NCBI GenBank assembly: GCA_973895155.1
Contig: OZ316892.1
Location: 22,111,168 to 22,175,167 of the forward strand
Direction of reading: 5' to 3'
DNA from: Marsupella aquatica
Taxonomy: Eukaryota > Plantae > Marchantiophyta
DNA: 64,000 nt
The position numbers and the translations under genes are program-made. The notes beneath the pieces were generated by a model that was not told the origin of the DNA, did no database searches, and worked only from the letters and a program-made list of their open reading frames with translations. Shown here one piece after another: positions 47,600-60,428 of this stretch; position 1 is the stretch's first letter; every line of letters begins with the position of its first letter.

Positions 47600-50499
47600 T
47601 AGGTCTCACAAGCTCTTAACGGGAACAAATTCTGGTTGTTTAAGAGGAAAGTAGTTCATATTTCCTTAATCCCTACTCTACAATATCGATCAAGTCCACA
47701 TACTCCATCGATTTTGGTAATAGCAATCACCTGCTGATCCACTGGTGATTTCAATTTCACCATGTCTCCTACTTTAAACTGTCACACATCAACAACATAA
47801 CACAGCCATTTCATTACTTAGACTTGTTAATGACAAGTTACAGCAAATAAACGAATAGGACATGTATTGAAAGCAATCATTTGCTTTTGCTCACCTTCAA
47901 GACAAAAGGTGAAGGGATCGACTTTGAAAACTCTGTAACAATGGCTTCTTCAGATGACTTTGTCAAAACAACTTCACGTGTCAAAGCTTCTATTATCTCC
48001 TGCAAAACAAATTAGGGTGAGACAACTTACATAAGCATGCCCTACCAGGTTCACATTACAAATTCATGGGATAATGAACACATTAATAGTACAAAGTTTA
48101 GGGTTTAGATGGTATTCCAACCTTATCTTTGCCTGCTTGATCATGCTGCGCAGGCGAACTGTATACCACCTCTGTTTCTTCATTGATCTCTTGCTTCACA
48201 ATCACTGGGTCATAATTGTATTCCATAGCAGCATTGAGATCAATCCCCTGATCATCTTCAACTGCCCATTAACATTTCAAGACATTAGAAAACATTCACT
48301 AATCCAAGTCATGCATGCTTGATTACACATACTTTAACTGTCCTCTGTAAAGAACATACCTTCTTTGGTCAAGTCCACCAAAAAGTCTAGTTTCACAGCT
48401 GAAGTACTACGGCCTGAATGACTTTTTGGAACTGAACTCATTCGTGAGGGCATTGAAGACTGTCCCGGCCCAACTGGGACAGTTCTGGTTTCTTCCAGAT
48501 CTTGACTTAGGCTAGGTTTTGTCAAAACAGTTAACATTTGCTTAAACCCAACACTCATCCCTGTACTTATTGCATTCACAATTGTACTCAACATATGCTC
48601 ATCACGTCCTTCCTCGTCTCCCATCATAGCCCTGGAACCTAGTGTCTGCAACCATTGAACAATCATACAAAAGTTAGTGGATATCACCTAGACTTGGCAA
48701 TTTGGAAATCAAAAATTGGACTTGTGAACTAATACTCACAATTGACTTTCTGCCTCTCCGATAAGATGGTGTGGTCTGTCCTGTGACAGATCTCACACTT
48801 GATACTCCAAATCTATCATCTTTTGAGCGTAGCTCAGACAGAGGTGGACTTTCCCCTCTTTTTCTCTTCTGAGCAATGAAACCAAACAATACATATTAGA
48901 ATGAAACTTCTTGCTTCTTTGCATACCAATTGCTAAAACAAAGGAAGACACATGCTGTAAGCCTACTTGTTGTTTACAAACATTCATAATAACTGTAAAT
49001 GAATCTTGTATACTTACAAAGTCAGACTCCTTCCCACGGTAGCCACCTTGTCCAACCCTTGATGGATTAATGACTTTAGATCTTGCATACTTCATCTTGT
49101 CAATGCTAGACATCCCTTCTGGAGACAGCCACCACTCACACAATGCCTTCCAATGTTCAGGCTTCACATTCTCAGGGGGCTTCTTGTCCAAGTGTCTTCC
49201 ACCTTCCTGAAAATGTTTGTGGAGTCTTGCTCGCTGTGCTTTCATTACTGCTGAACAATGAGACCTGAACTTCTTCATTGACAGAGTCCCCTGTACATAC
49301 TCCCAATCGTTCTCCAACACAACATAAACATGAAGAAGAACCCCTGAGTCTTGCTTCTTAATCTCACGGATAGAAGGATTCAGTTTACCCATACACACAG
49401 CACGAAGATCATCTCCCCAGCGTGCCCGATATGGATCATTGGGATCAACATCATTGTTCCAAATATGCACACAATGCATCATAAGAGACCAATAATAGAG
49501 GACAAACAATAAATCACAAGCATGATCTTTCACAAGCAACATATAGTGATTGCAACTTTCTTCATGCCCAACTTGCGACGCTCGCTTGTGTACTCTTCCC
49601 ATTGTTTCTTTGCAGCACGAGATGATTGTCGTACGTGTGTCTGTTCTGATCTTTCTGTGACAATTCCATCATCCAGATCACGAGCAGATGCTCTAGGCAA
49701 GGGTGTCACTACCACAACTAAACAAAGAGATTCTGTTAGCAAGTCAAACATTAATGTAACTTGTGACAATCAATCTGCAACTGTGAGAATCTCTGAACTC
49801 AGGATTCACTTGGCAAGTCAAAAACAAGTTCATGGCAAGTGAGGTAATGAATAAATTACTTACACACACTCACTTCCTTTGTCCTAGGATCCACATAATA
49901 TTTAAGCCCTGACTTTCGGGGAGCCTGAGGATAACAGTGTGCACATTCAAGTAATTAGTAACAGTAGCACCAGATTGAGATATACAGAAATTGGACAATT
50001 AATGCAATTATTTAGCTTCAAGTGAAGTAGAAAATGACAGTGAGTCTTCTCTTACCTTACGTAGCTCTTGAACACCATCTGATTCGTGATCATCACTTAA
50101 ACCTGCCCCATAATTTGTGTCAGCTGATTTTTCAGACTCATCACTCCCACTGTTGTCACTCTCCATGATTTTCTCCAGGTGCTTGCCAAGTAATCGTGAA
50201 CTCCTACGCTTTGCTATAGACGGCTGATTCTGTTCAGTCTTCTTTGACAACTTAGATAGACGCTTGACCCTTGCCTCACCTTGTAAACTGCAATCACCCT
50301 GGAAATATCATGAGTGTGAACCATTAGTAATAAAGTCAAGGCATAAATTCAAAACTATACAGGGATAGAGTACATACTTTAAATCTCTTGCAGCAGTTCC
50401 TACGAACTGGTCAAGTATAGCTTGGTTGGCTGCTATGTTCTTATTCCTCTGTGCCTCATAGGCATTCTCAGAACCTTTCACCCCAGACCGATCATGCAT
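47600..50499 (-). pseudogene. CACTA TnpA-like multi-exon gene (Transposase_24/Ptta-like)
   Basis: NAYEAQRNKNIAANQAIL at the N-terminus, PPENVKPEHWKALCEWWLSPEG...ARSKVINPSRVGQGGY, and VGDMVKLKS near 47750. Exon structure not fully resolved. Confidence 0.7.
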
Positions 50500-53400
50500 T
50501 TCAATTCAAAACTGCATAAAAAACACTATCACCAAAGAGCAATCAGTACTTCCTGCCCCAAGTGGCACATTCTCACTCTTCATCTGAATCTTCTTCATCT
50601 TCCCAGACATCATCATCATCACTATCACTTCTTGTCAACACTACCATCTCCTGAAAAACTACAATTTCTCCTTCATCCAAGGGCACTCGTCTGTTAGCTG
50701 CTGCAACAAGCTCAGCCTCAACAGCCTCATGACGATCCACAAGATCATTAAACTCAAGGTCATTTATACCCTCAACAACTCGTCGAGACCTCCCTTCCTT
50801 ATGGAGGACATGTCTCCAAGAGGCCCTGGCTGTGTTTGGGTAAAAGAAAACCTGCTCAATCTGACTGGGCAAGACATAATCTAATTTCTCAGCTGAGGGA
50901 TAAGCCAGTCTCATCATGTTTCATTGATGGATTAGACCTGTCCTCTCCCCACTTAGACCGCACCCACTTTGCCTTCAAGATTATGGCTGGTTCAGAATGT
51001 AACACAGGTCCATAGTCAAGCACAAGTATCTGTGTCAGAACCCCCACATATGTAAGCTTGGCCAAATTCACCCCGGTTTCTTCCCTGCTCTGCTCATGGA
51101 AAGTTGTGGCCACCCCGGAATCAAATGTAGCATATCCTTGACAATCAGTGTCCCTAAGAGTGGACATCTCACGCCATTCACCATTCCTATCTTTGCAGCG
51201 CATCACTCTATAATGGTTCCCAAAAGCCTTCATTGAAATGTAAGACAAAGCCTTCTGGCTTGGTGGAAAAGAAATTGCAGTCAACAACAACTTGTCCTCA
51301 TTGTCATCCAGGTTAGCCTTGTGTATTGTATCCCTGAACCACACTCCAAAAGGAATGGAAGCAAATTCAGCAGGACAGGCCATTGCTTGACGTCTGCCTC
51401 GTTGTCGTTCTGCATTATGCTGTCTTAGAACAACTTCTCTTTCTATCCTTTGCTCCTCCTCTTCTGACTCATACAACCTTCCAAGCAAGCAAAGAACAAT
51501 ATCAGATACCACAAAAGAAAGACTGTCATATTGTGACAATGCATTTAGAACTACATTACTGAACACTCAGACAGCCAGCAACAAAATGATGTAGTTATTT
51601 CATGTACCTGAGCCATGGTGCAACCTGTACATGGTTCTGTAGATAATAGGTGTGGGCAGCATCTTGATCAGCAACACTTAGAGACAATTTACTTGAGGCC
51701 CTTCCAGGACCACACCTTTAACCCCTGCCTCTTCTTCAGAGTCCCAGACCCGCTGCCGAGTTACTTCGCACTGAACCATATACTCTACAGTGAGAAATCC
51801 CAATGCCTCCTCTAGGATATAACCCTCAGCCATAGATGCCTCTGGTTGTGCCCTATTTCTTACAAAACCCTTTAGTTTTTTCAAGTATCTCTCAATTGGA
51901 TACATCCACCGTTGTGACACAGGTCCACATATATCTAGCTCTTCCACTATATGCACCATCAAATGTGTCATGACATCAAAAAATGAAGCAGGAAAATGCA
52001 TTTCCAGAGCACACAAAGTATGTGCCACATCTGTCATCAGTTCATCCTTAGTGCTAGGGTCCCAGACCTTACAGCAAATTTTATGCCACACACGACACAC
52101 ACTAATGATAGCCATTCAAGGTCCTGTTGCCATCAAGTCCTTCAATGCCAAGGGAAGTATCTGCTGCATGAGGCAATGGTAGTCATGAGACTTGAGGCCA
52201 GCCAACTTATTGCTGGCTCTCACACACTTTGCCAATGAGCTACCAAAATCTGTGGGAACCTTCAAGTTCTTCAAAGTGCCCAGGAACTTCTCCAGCTCTG
52301 GTTTGCTCATCACATAGGGCGCCTTGGGCTTCACAAAGTGATCCTTCTTATTGTTTGGATGAGGCTTCATCCATAGCTGCTCATGAATGCCTTCAGCCTC
52401 CATATCATTCCGCACAGCAGTGGTATCCTTCTTCCCAGAAGTAGTGTGAATCAAATTCTGAGCAATGTTCTTCTCTGTGTGCATGGGATCCAGCACATGG
52501 TTGATCAGAAGTTTCTGCATGCAAACAACAAAAAGCAAATCAGTCCAACTGCAAATTGACATGTGTGTACAATGCTGGTTGCAATATCTTCAAGTAAAAA
52601 ACGTGAATGCAAGTGTGATTTTACTCACCGACCAGTATGGCAGCATTGCAAGACCTTGTGTCCTCTTCACCCCATGAAGCTTCGAAGGACAGTTCTTGCT
52701 TCCTTGTTTGGCCCCAGGTGTTTTCAAGTACTCTTCCACCTCAGCAGCAAAGGCTAATTTTTGCTCACAAGTCATCCTTTGGGGAGGCCCCCGTGGCTCG
52801 CACTCCCCATCAAATTTTGCTGCATAACTTTGGGAGCGGTACTTATGGTTCTCCTCCAACCATGCACCTTCTACTCCCCAGAAATACATTCTTGGATAGA
52901 GCAGCAGACCTTCTGCAGCTCACATTGGGACCACACACAATGCATCCATGATATCCTTTTGTGACTTGACCCGATATGAGACCCAAAGCTGGATAGTCAT
53001 TCACTGTCCACAATAGAATGGCCCGCAGATTGAACCACTTATTCAGGCCAGGCCTATCAAGTGAATCAAAGCATGGAACTCCCTCCCAGAGCTCCAAAAG
53101 CTCCTCCAACAATGGAGCCATGTAAATGTCAATGTTGCGGTCAGTCACTGAATCAGGCCCAGGGATCAGCAAAGATAACATAATGAAGAACTTCTTGGTG
53201 GACAACCAAGGGGGCAAATTGTAATTCAACAATATTACCACAGGCCACGTAGAATGCTTGAGATTGTTTTCCCCAAAGGGATTCACACCATCCAGAGCCA
53301 ATCCAAGGTGTACATTGCGAGGCTCTGCTTCAAATGTTGGATCAATTGTTGTATCAATCTCCTTCCATGCCCTAGAATCTGCAACATGCCGGACCTTTCC

Positions 53401-53712
53401 ATCTGTGCTTTTACTGTCCTTATGCCATGTCATCAACTCTGAAATAGCCTTGCACCTATACATTCGTTTCAACCTGGGTATGAGGGGGAAATGTCGAAGG
53501 ACTTTCACAGGTTGCTTTGATTGCCCAACCTGCTTATACCTAGGCTTTTTGCACAGTGGACACTCATCGCAATCAGCATGCTCCTTTCTGAATAGGACAC
53601 ATCCATCCTCACAAGCATGAATTTTGACATAATCCAAGCCAGCATGACTGATCAGCTTCTTGCATGCATACAGGTTTTTAGGCAGCAGATTCTTAGCAGG
53701 CATCAACTGTTT

Positions 53713-56700
53713 TGTGGTGCGTCCCATGGCTCCCTAAACCCAAGAAACCCCCCAGCTCAAGCCGATTCTCGCAGGTTTCGTGCTTGGCGAGGCCGTTTCC
53801 GCGGCTTAGCGGCATGGGACGCTGCTAACCTTCTACTACTACTATTAACATTTTACACACATATACTGGACAGATCCTTCATCGGGTCATGAGATACGTA
53901 GCCGGCCTAATATAGGCCTTCCCCTGTCTTCCCCTGTCTTCCCCTCCGTCTTGTTAGGTATGTTTGGATTCCGCCGCCGGAATGATCCCCAATAGGCTTG
54001 GTTAAGCCGCTAAGACCTCTCTCAGCTCGACACATCCAACTCTCACTCCCCTGCTTACTTTCCTTCCTTCTGTTGATGTGGGCACTCTTCACACAAGTTA
54101 ATGCGACACACAAATAGCAAAATGACTCATTCTGACTGAGTCATACCATGCACTTGCCATACAAACAGTACATCTCATACACAAGTTCTGCGAACTAAGC
54201 CGTGAGGCCAACTCTATTCAGCTCTTAGGCATGAGGAAACATGAATATACACAAGGGTCACTGTATGACTAACCGAGAGCTTCTCGTACTACTTGATCCT
54301 AGCCTGGCTGGTGCAAACTAAAAACTTGCTAAAGAAGAGGCCCTGAGCTCCCCGCTGCCCAGGTACTTATCCTGGTAGTGGATCCGCCATTCTTTGCATC
54401 GTAAGCCTAATCTACCTGACAGTAATCTACTTGCCCGAATCTACCTATGTACAGCAAGGCAGGAGCACAAATGTTGCTCCTACCAGTGGAACCGCAATCC
54501 CACTAAGCTAAGTGTCAGGGCCGCTCCTGGTTCTGATCCTAATCCTAAACGTGGAGATCCGCGCCCGCCCTGCCCACTCACGCCTCCTCCCTCCACGTCC
54601 GCCCTCCCTAAAAGGAACGGCACCCTTGCACCGTCACGACACCGGTGGTGGATCCTCAATGGACGCCCCCAACACTTCCTCCTCAGCCACTGCCGTTGGC
54701 CCGCCTACTGACAGATTACCTGCCCTTGACCGAGTCAACTCTCCATCGGCCTGACTAGGTCCACCTTCGGCTTCAGCCTCGACACCGGCCTCGGCAATAC
54801 CCACGGCTTCGGCCTCAGCCACTCCCACGGCTTCGGCCTCCCCTTCCCCTAGGGTAGTTGGATCCTTAGCCGTGACCCTGTCTGGGGTCGGTGCTGGGTC
54901 TACCTCCTTGATCACCACGGCCTGTGAAGTCGTATTACTCCTTGACCCTGAAGGTTTCCGCTTCTTCTTCGTTGGTGGCTCGGCAGCTGGTCCCTTCCCC
55001 TTCCCACTTACTTCCGGCACTGGTGCAGTTGACGCGGCTTGTCCTTCGGCAATTACCACCCCTGGTAACTGGTTTGTCCCAACGGGAGATGGACCTGCTG
55101 CAGCTAAGCATTTAAATACTGCGGCTTGTTTCTTCAGCCGCTCTGTTTGGTTGTCGGCCCGCCGCTGTAGGTTCTCCATCTTCCTCGTGATTTCCTCCAA
55201 CTCCTCTTGGGTTTCATCCAGGTCCTTACGTGCCCCCTCCAGCTCGTTTTTGGCCTCCTCCTGCTCCCTGTGGGCTTCCTCCAATTCCTTCTTCAAGGTA
55301 GCCCTCTCCTCCTGGGTTGCTCTTAGCTCCTTGTCGAGCTCTGCAATGATGACAGACTCCATCTGGTTCATCTTGGCGTAAGTCTGTTCGACCATCTCGT
55401 CCTTCTCCCTTAGGTCGGCCTTGAAGCTGGCCGTCAGGGACGCAAGCTCCTGTTGCAGCGCCATAATCCCTTGATAGGATTTCCCTAACTCGACCTCCTT
55501 CTGCTCAAGGGCTCCACGGATTTTCTCGAGCTCCCCTTTCAACGCCCATTCCTTTCTTTGGGTCTCTGCCATGGCCCGGCTGTTGGCTGTTATGTGGGCC
55601 TCCTCTGTATTCTTCAGCTCTTGCTTCCACTTTTCCCTCTCTTTGATCGTGTCGGCCAACTCTTCCTGCGTCTGAGTCAGTTTATCCTTGATATTCTGAT
55701 TATCAGCCTGCGCGGCGTCCAACTGCCCCTGCATGATGTTCAGCTCATGTCGTTTAATCCGCAGTTCATCTTGGGCTTTCTTGGCCGCCCTTAGATCTTC
55801 AATCTCGGCTTCCATCCTCCTAAGCCGCCGAATGACCTCGTCCTTCTTGCTTCTCTCTAAAGCCACCGCTTCTTCTAATTGGTGCTTCTCCAACTGCTCC
55901 CTATGGAAAAAGGGTCCTACCTCCAACTCCTCTCCAAAGATGCCGAGCGCAAGTTCCCCACACATCTCACCATACTCCATGGCTCTATTCTTAGCGTAGG
56001 TGGAGTAAGTAGAAGTGATCGGCATCGCCCATCGTGGCCTCTGCTCCCAAGCCGTCCTGCGGATCTCTTCAATCGTGGCTAGAGGTTTGCTTCCTTTTTC
56101 GGCTAGCCGCCTGATGTCCTCCGGCCAATCTCCTCCTGGTAAATCCTTTTCCTTAGCCAGGGCGGCCTCTTCCTCCTGCTTGATTCGCTCCTGAAATTCC
56201 TGCACCGTCTGTTTTATGCCGTCAAAGCTCGGGGGAGCAACATCTGGTGGGGGAGACTCAGGGCTACTCTGCTGGTTGGGGTCCCCTCGCACTACCCTTG
56301 GAAGTGTGGGGACAAACCGGCCACAGGTCCTTACTCCTGGAACGTGATGGTCCGACCCATAGCCGGAATTATCATTGCTGCAGTCCTCCACTGCCTCCTC
56401 TACCTCTTGGACGTCCGGCTTCTCCCTCTCCTCTTCGTCGGTAGGAGCTTCAGGCAATTCTGCCTCAGATTCGGAGCTTGAGGTTCCCACGTACATTCGA
56501 ACACCTGGCTTGGATTCCGGCCTGATTCTCTCCTTGTTTCCAGCAAAGGGGTTTTCTCTTGTGAGCCGGTGTAAGCCTACCTCTGTAGTAGTGTCCTGCA
56601 TTGTTGCCGTTGCCGTTGTTGTTGCCGATGCCGATTTCTTTTCTTTCTCCAGTAGTTTCAGCAGACTCTGCATGCCTGGTTGCTGCATCGGCAAGTCCTC

Positions 56701-58348
56701 CTTCCTGGGCCTAAACACCTACTCGATCGTAGGACTAACAGGTGGTTGAGGCTTCTCAGCCAACGGCCTCGGCGTTGGAGCTTCCTCGGGTGCCCTTACC
56801 TGCAGGGGAAGTACTGGGGCAAAAGTCTGACCTCTGGCATACCGGCACAACAGCGGCATGTGATAGCCAAGACGCGACACGCTCCCCATGCCGATTACCT
56901 GCTGCTCCTCCTTTAAGATCTTCTTCAATTGGTTGAGGAGGTACCCGTTGTAGTCCCGGCTTGGGTCTGGCCTTTCTGCCAGATAGACCTGTGCCTTGCC
57001 GATCTCTGCCCTCGGCAAGTTACAATGCATGGTCACCCGCAAGAAGTCGATCATCTCTCCTATGTGTGGGTTGGTGCAGGTGTTCCGGAAGAAGCCATTC
57101 TTCGTTGATGGCCCGGGGAACGACCGGAACTCCTTGTCAGGCAAGGTCTTCCTGGTATCAACTTTGGTCTTATTGCCTATCGGCAGGCCAAACACTTCGG
57201 CAATTACCTTGGGAGTAAGATAGAAATCCTTCCCATATATCCTCGTGCAATTGGTCTCGGGTTCCCATGACCCCACGAATTCTAATAGGTCTGACTCCGG
57301 TACCTCCGGCTTCAGCCATGGTAATCTTACAAAGGCCTCCAAGCCGGATCCGGCCATGAAGCCTTGGTACTTCTTGGTCTGCATGGCCATAAAGCATGCA
57401 TCCTCCTCCCGTGCAAAATGTAGTTGCACCTCCACCGGTAGGGTTGCCGCCCAGCCCTTCCAGGTGTCATCCCTGGTTGGAATGGCCTTGATGGGATCGA
57501 CCTCCTCCTCTTCGGCTTCTCCCTGCCTCCTGCTCTGCTGCTCGGCTGGCTTCTTTGGTGCCGCCGACCTCGTTCTTTTTGCCGGGGTGGCTTCATCGTT
57601 GACGGCTCCCTTCCTCTTCATCTCTGCTGCCGTGGAGGTTTCTCCTAGCACCGTTGCCTGGGTCCACCTTTCCGTGCTACCCTTTAATTCCCAGTGTATG
57701 TCGTTGCAGTTCTTGATGGCCTCTCAGATGCCGACGACGCTGTCTTTGCAAAACAGAAGATCGTCGAGTTGATTGGAAGTAGGCGTCCACAGGAACTCGT
57801 CCTTGATGAGTTCGCCTCCTAAGAAAGCCGTCTTTTGCAGCTCCCACAATCGAGCGAGCTCCTGCCGTTCTCGAGCTGCCCTTTCTGACTCCTCGTCCTT
57901 GTAAGTCTTGATGTACTCAGTTGCCCGTTCGAACAGGCATCCCCAGAAATGTGCCGCTTGATTGACGTTGCTCATACCCTCCTTAGGTCGATCGTCGGTA
58001 TCAATTCTCTCCCCGAGTGCTTGCCTAAGCAGCTGACAGTAGTTGGCCTCCCGTAGTCGTCTGCCTAGTTCGTGCTCGCAAATGAGCCACCATCTCCTGC
58101 AAGCGCTCCTTACCCCTCTCCTCTGCCGGTCCTTCTTCCCGTTGATCCTTCCTAGCCGCCGACGCTTAACGCGCCCTAACCCTAATCGGGTTTTCACCCT
58201 CAGCCTTACCTCCGGCCTCTGCCCGGGTTCCATGGTTGCCCCTAATTGTTTATATTTTCCTTGTTTTGTCACTATACTAAGGTGTTCCTAGGGTGCCTTC
58301 CTGCTTTACCCACTTAACCGGCCGAGTGATTCCTGTCTAGGCATCACA
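53713..58348. mobile_element. Long coding LTR-like unit, copy 2 (4,636 bp, solo, inserted in TnpD)
   Basis: TGTGGTGC...GCATCACA termini. Perfect 5-bp TSD TGTTT at 53708-53712 and 58349-58353. Excision restores TnpD LLSLMGKQLMPAKNLLP. Confidence 0.93.
54634..58272 (-). pseudogene. Single ~1200-codon frame (PMD/Transposase_32-like domain + long coiled coil) with two in-frame stops
   Basis: ORFs 57724-58272, 56719-57651 and 54634-56718 share one frame. Motif DLLEFVGSW...IYGKDFYLTPKVIAEVFGLP, then an E/K/Q/L-rich coiled coil. Confidence 0.75.
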
Positions 58349-59293
58349 TGTTTCCCCATCAACGAAAGCAGTTCATCAACTCCAGAGTTGGTGAAACCAT
58401 GATTATGGCATTTGTTTAGAAATGTCAACACAAATGACAATTGGGAAGTAGTGAACCCCTCATACAAAGGGGCACACGCCTCTTCAAATGCTCGCATCAT
58501 CTTCTCCTCTGCCTATTGGTCCCAAATCTGAGGTGTTGCTTCTCCAGATGTACTGTCCGCCTCCAGAAGATCATCCATGTTGAAGAGACCATCTTCACTT
58601 TCCTGCAGAGTGGGCTCCTCTGCAGTGGTTTCTTGGACAGGTTCACTGGCATTAGCAGTTTCACTTGGTATTGCCAGGTCCTCTAGTATCCCAGGGATAT
58701 CTATGCCACAATCCATATCATTGGCAAGTTCCTCTGCACATCTTGCATTGTCCACAGGGCCCTCAAATGCACCATCCCCCTCCATGCAGCGTGCATTCCA
58801 CTCATCATCAGAAGAGTCACAGTCCTCTCCCCACCAATACCTTTGCGATGGGTGGCGAGAATTCTGAATGAGGTGCTTTTTGACCGTCCCTAGACTCACA
58901 CGATTACCCCTACAGTTGCAAATGTAGCAAGGACATTTTATCTTTGTCATCCCAGCAGCTCTACAAACTGTAGTCTGTCGACGCCATAACTTATCATCCC
59001 TCCTATTCAAGTCATCTTGGCTACCACGAAAGTTCCTCAACATTGTTTCAGCCACTTCAAGTCAATCCAATCAATGTCTTCCACTCAATTTGCCAGAATG
59101 CAGAGAGGACCCACATACCTTGCAACCTCTGCAAGCTCTCTGGATACTGCAATCCTCCACTCTAATGGTACCAGCACTGGACTCCACACCTCTAGGCTAC
59201 TCTGCACGTACATCCATGACCATATCAGAATACAATGGTGTATAGTCATAGAATCCCACTCTACTTCATATCAGATCTGTGAATCTTATCAGA

Positions 59294-59818
59294 TCAGTAC
59301 AAATACCACTCCTGTGCTTGATGATAGTCAACCCTCAGGTACTCAGGCAGGTACATTAAGTCATCTAAGTCTAACCCAAGATCATGCCATGGTGGTCTAC
59401 GATCTGTGCCTACAAGTAGTGGTTTCAATGCCTTCCATTGTGGGGACATGGCTACCAAGTCCCTCCATTGGGTACTAATGAGTCGATATTGGCAAATGTC
59501 CTGTGCTGATGACATGGAAAGAACTCTAGGCCATACATTTGTGACTACTAAATCATATGGCAAAACATGTAGCAAACTACTACATTCCTCATGATCCTCT
59601 TCACACCCAGCTTCACACTCATCTGCCGAAAAGTAATCCTCCTCCTCATTTGCCCTACAATACTGTAAAACAGATTCAAGGTTGACAATGATTCTGCCAG
59701 GTGGGGGTACAAATTGTCGGATTACCAAACCAACGAGCCAAACCACCACAAAATACATCCATGTAGCCACCCGTATGAGGGGTCTACATATGGTGTGGCA
59801 GTCTAGAAAAAACAACAT
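59294..59818 (-). CDS. F-box-like ORF (start uncertain)
   Basis: LLHVLPYDLVVTNVWPRV...QDICQYRLISTQWRDLV fits the F-box pattern L-P-x-D/E-L...I...L...R-x-V-(S/C)-x-x-W-R-x-L. Confidence 0.6.
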   Translation of the reverse strand: MLFFLDCHTICRPLIRVATWMYFVVVWLVGLVIRQFVPPPGRIIVNLESVLQYCRANEEEDYFSADECEAGCEEDHEECSSLLHVLPYDLVVTNVWPRVLSMSSAQDICQYRLISTQWRDLVAMSPQWKALKPLLVGTDRRPPWHDLGLDLDDLMYLPEYLRVDYHQAQEWYLY

Positions 59819-60428
59819 ACCAAGTGTAGTGTTTCACCTCCAACATTCACTGGTGACAACCTACAAATAGACACGACAATAAGCTCAGTTCCCTCATAAT
59901 CTGTACTTGCCACTCCCTAGTTGTCTCTTTGAGTTCATACTGTGAATTTTTATTTGCAGAAAGGTTTTACGTTTTATGTCTTACGTTTCATGTGTTTAGG
60001 ATGCTTCTTTCAAACTTGAAACTCTATTTCTACCCACAGACAGCAGGTTGAAGAAAATACCCCATTGACAATGCCCCATCCATGACACCCAACAACCAAG
60101 ACAACCGTATAAACACTGGGTCCAAACAGTTCAATCACATCCACAGTATTGACATCCATAAACATCAACTGGGATGGTCCTCATACTGGTATACATAATA
60201 ATTACCAAATAAATAAGTAGAGTTTGAGTACTTTGATTTTCCGGAGCCTTAGTCAATTAAACCCGGAGCATTGTCTCGATCCATGCTCATGCTAACCATT
60301 CACACAGTGAACAAAATGTGTGAAGAAAATGTGTGATGCAGACAAAACGTCATTGTTCCATTAACTAAGTGTATCGATGTCTATAGTAGTACTGATGTAT
60401 TTGAACCAAAATGGACCAGGCACGTCAA

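Larger units (their letters stand above)
50573..59055 (-). pseudogene. CACTA TnpD transposase (Transpos_assoc, Transposase_21, DUF4218, DUF4216), split by an LTR-like insertion
   Basis: IKCPCYIC, KIHACEDGCVLF, LALDGVNPF, STWPV, NLPPW, NDYPALG, LDPMHTEKN, GLKSHDYH, WMYPIERY and YVLPSQIEQVFF. In-frame stops at 58513 and 52116; frameshifts near 52870 and 50900. Confidence 0.93.

Noticed and set aside
53698-58346. TGATGCCT at both ends of the insertion as a tyrosine-recombinase (DIRS/Crypton) core site
   Set aside because: Shifting the boundaries gives TG...CA termini with a perfect 5-bp TSD and restores TnpD. No recombinase is encoded, so the 8-bp match appears coincidental.
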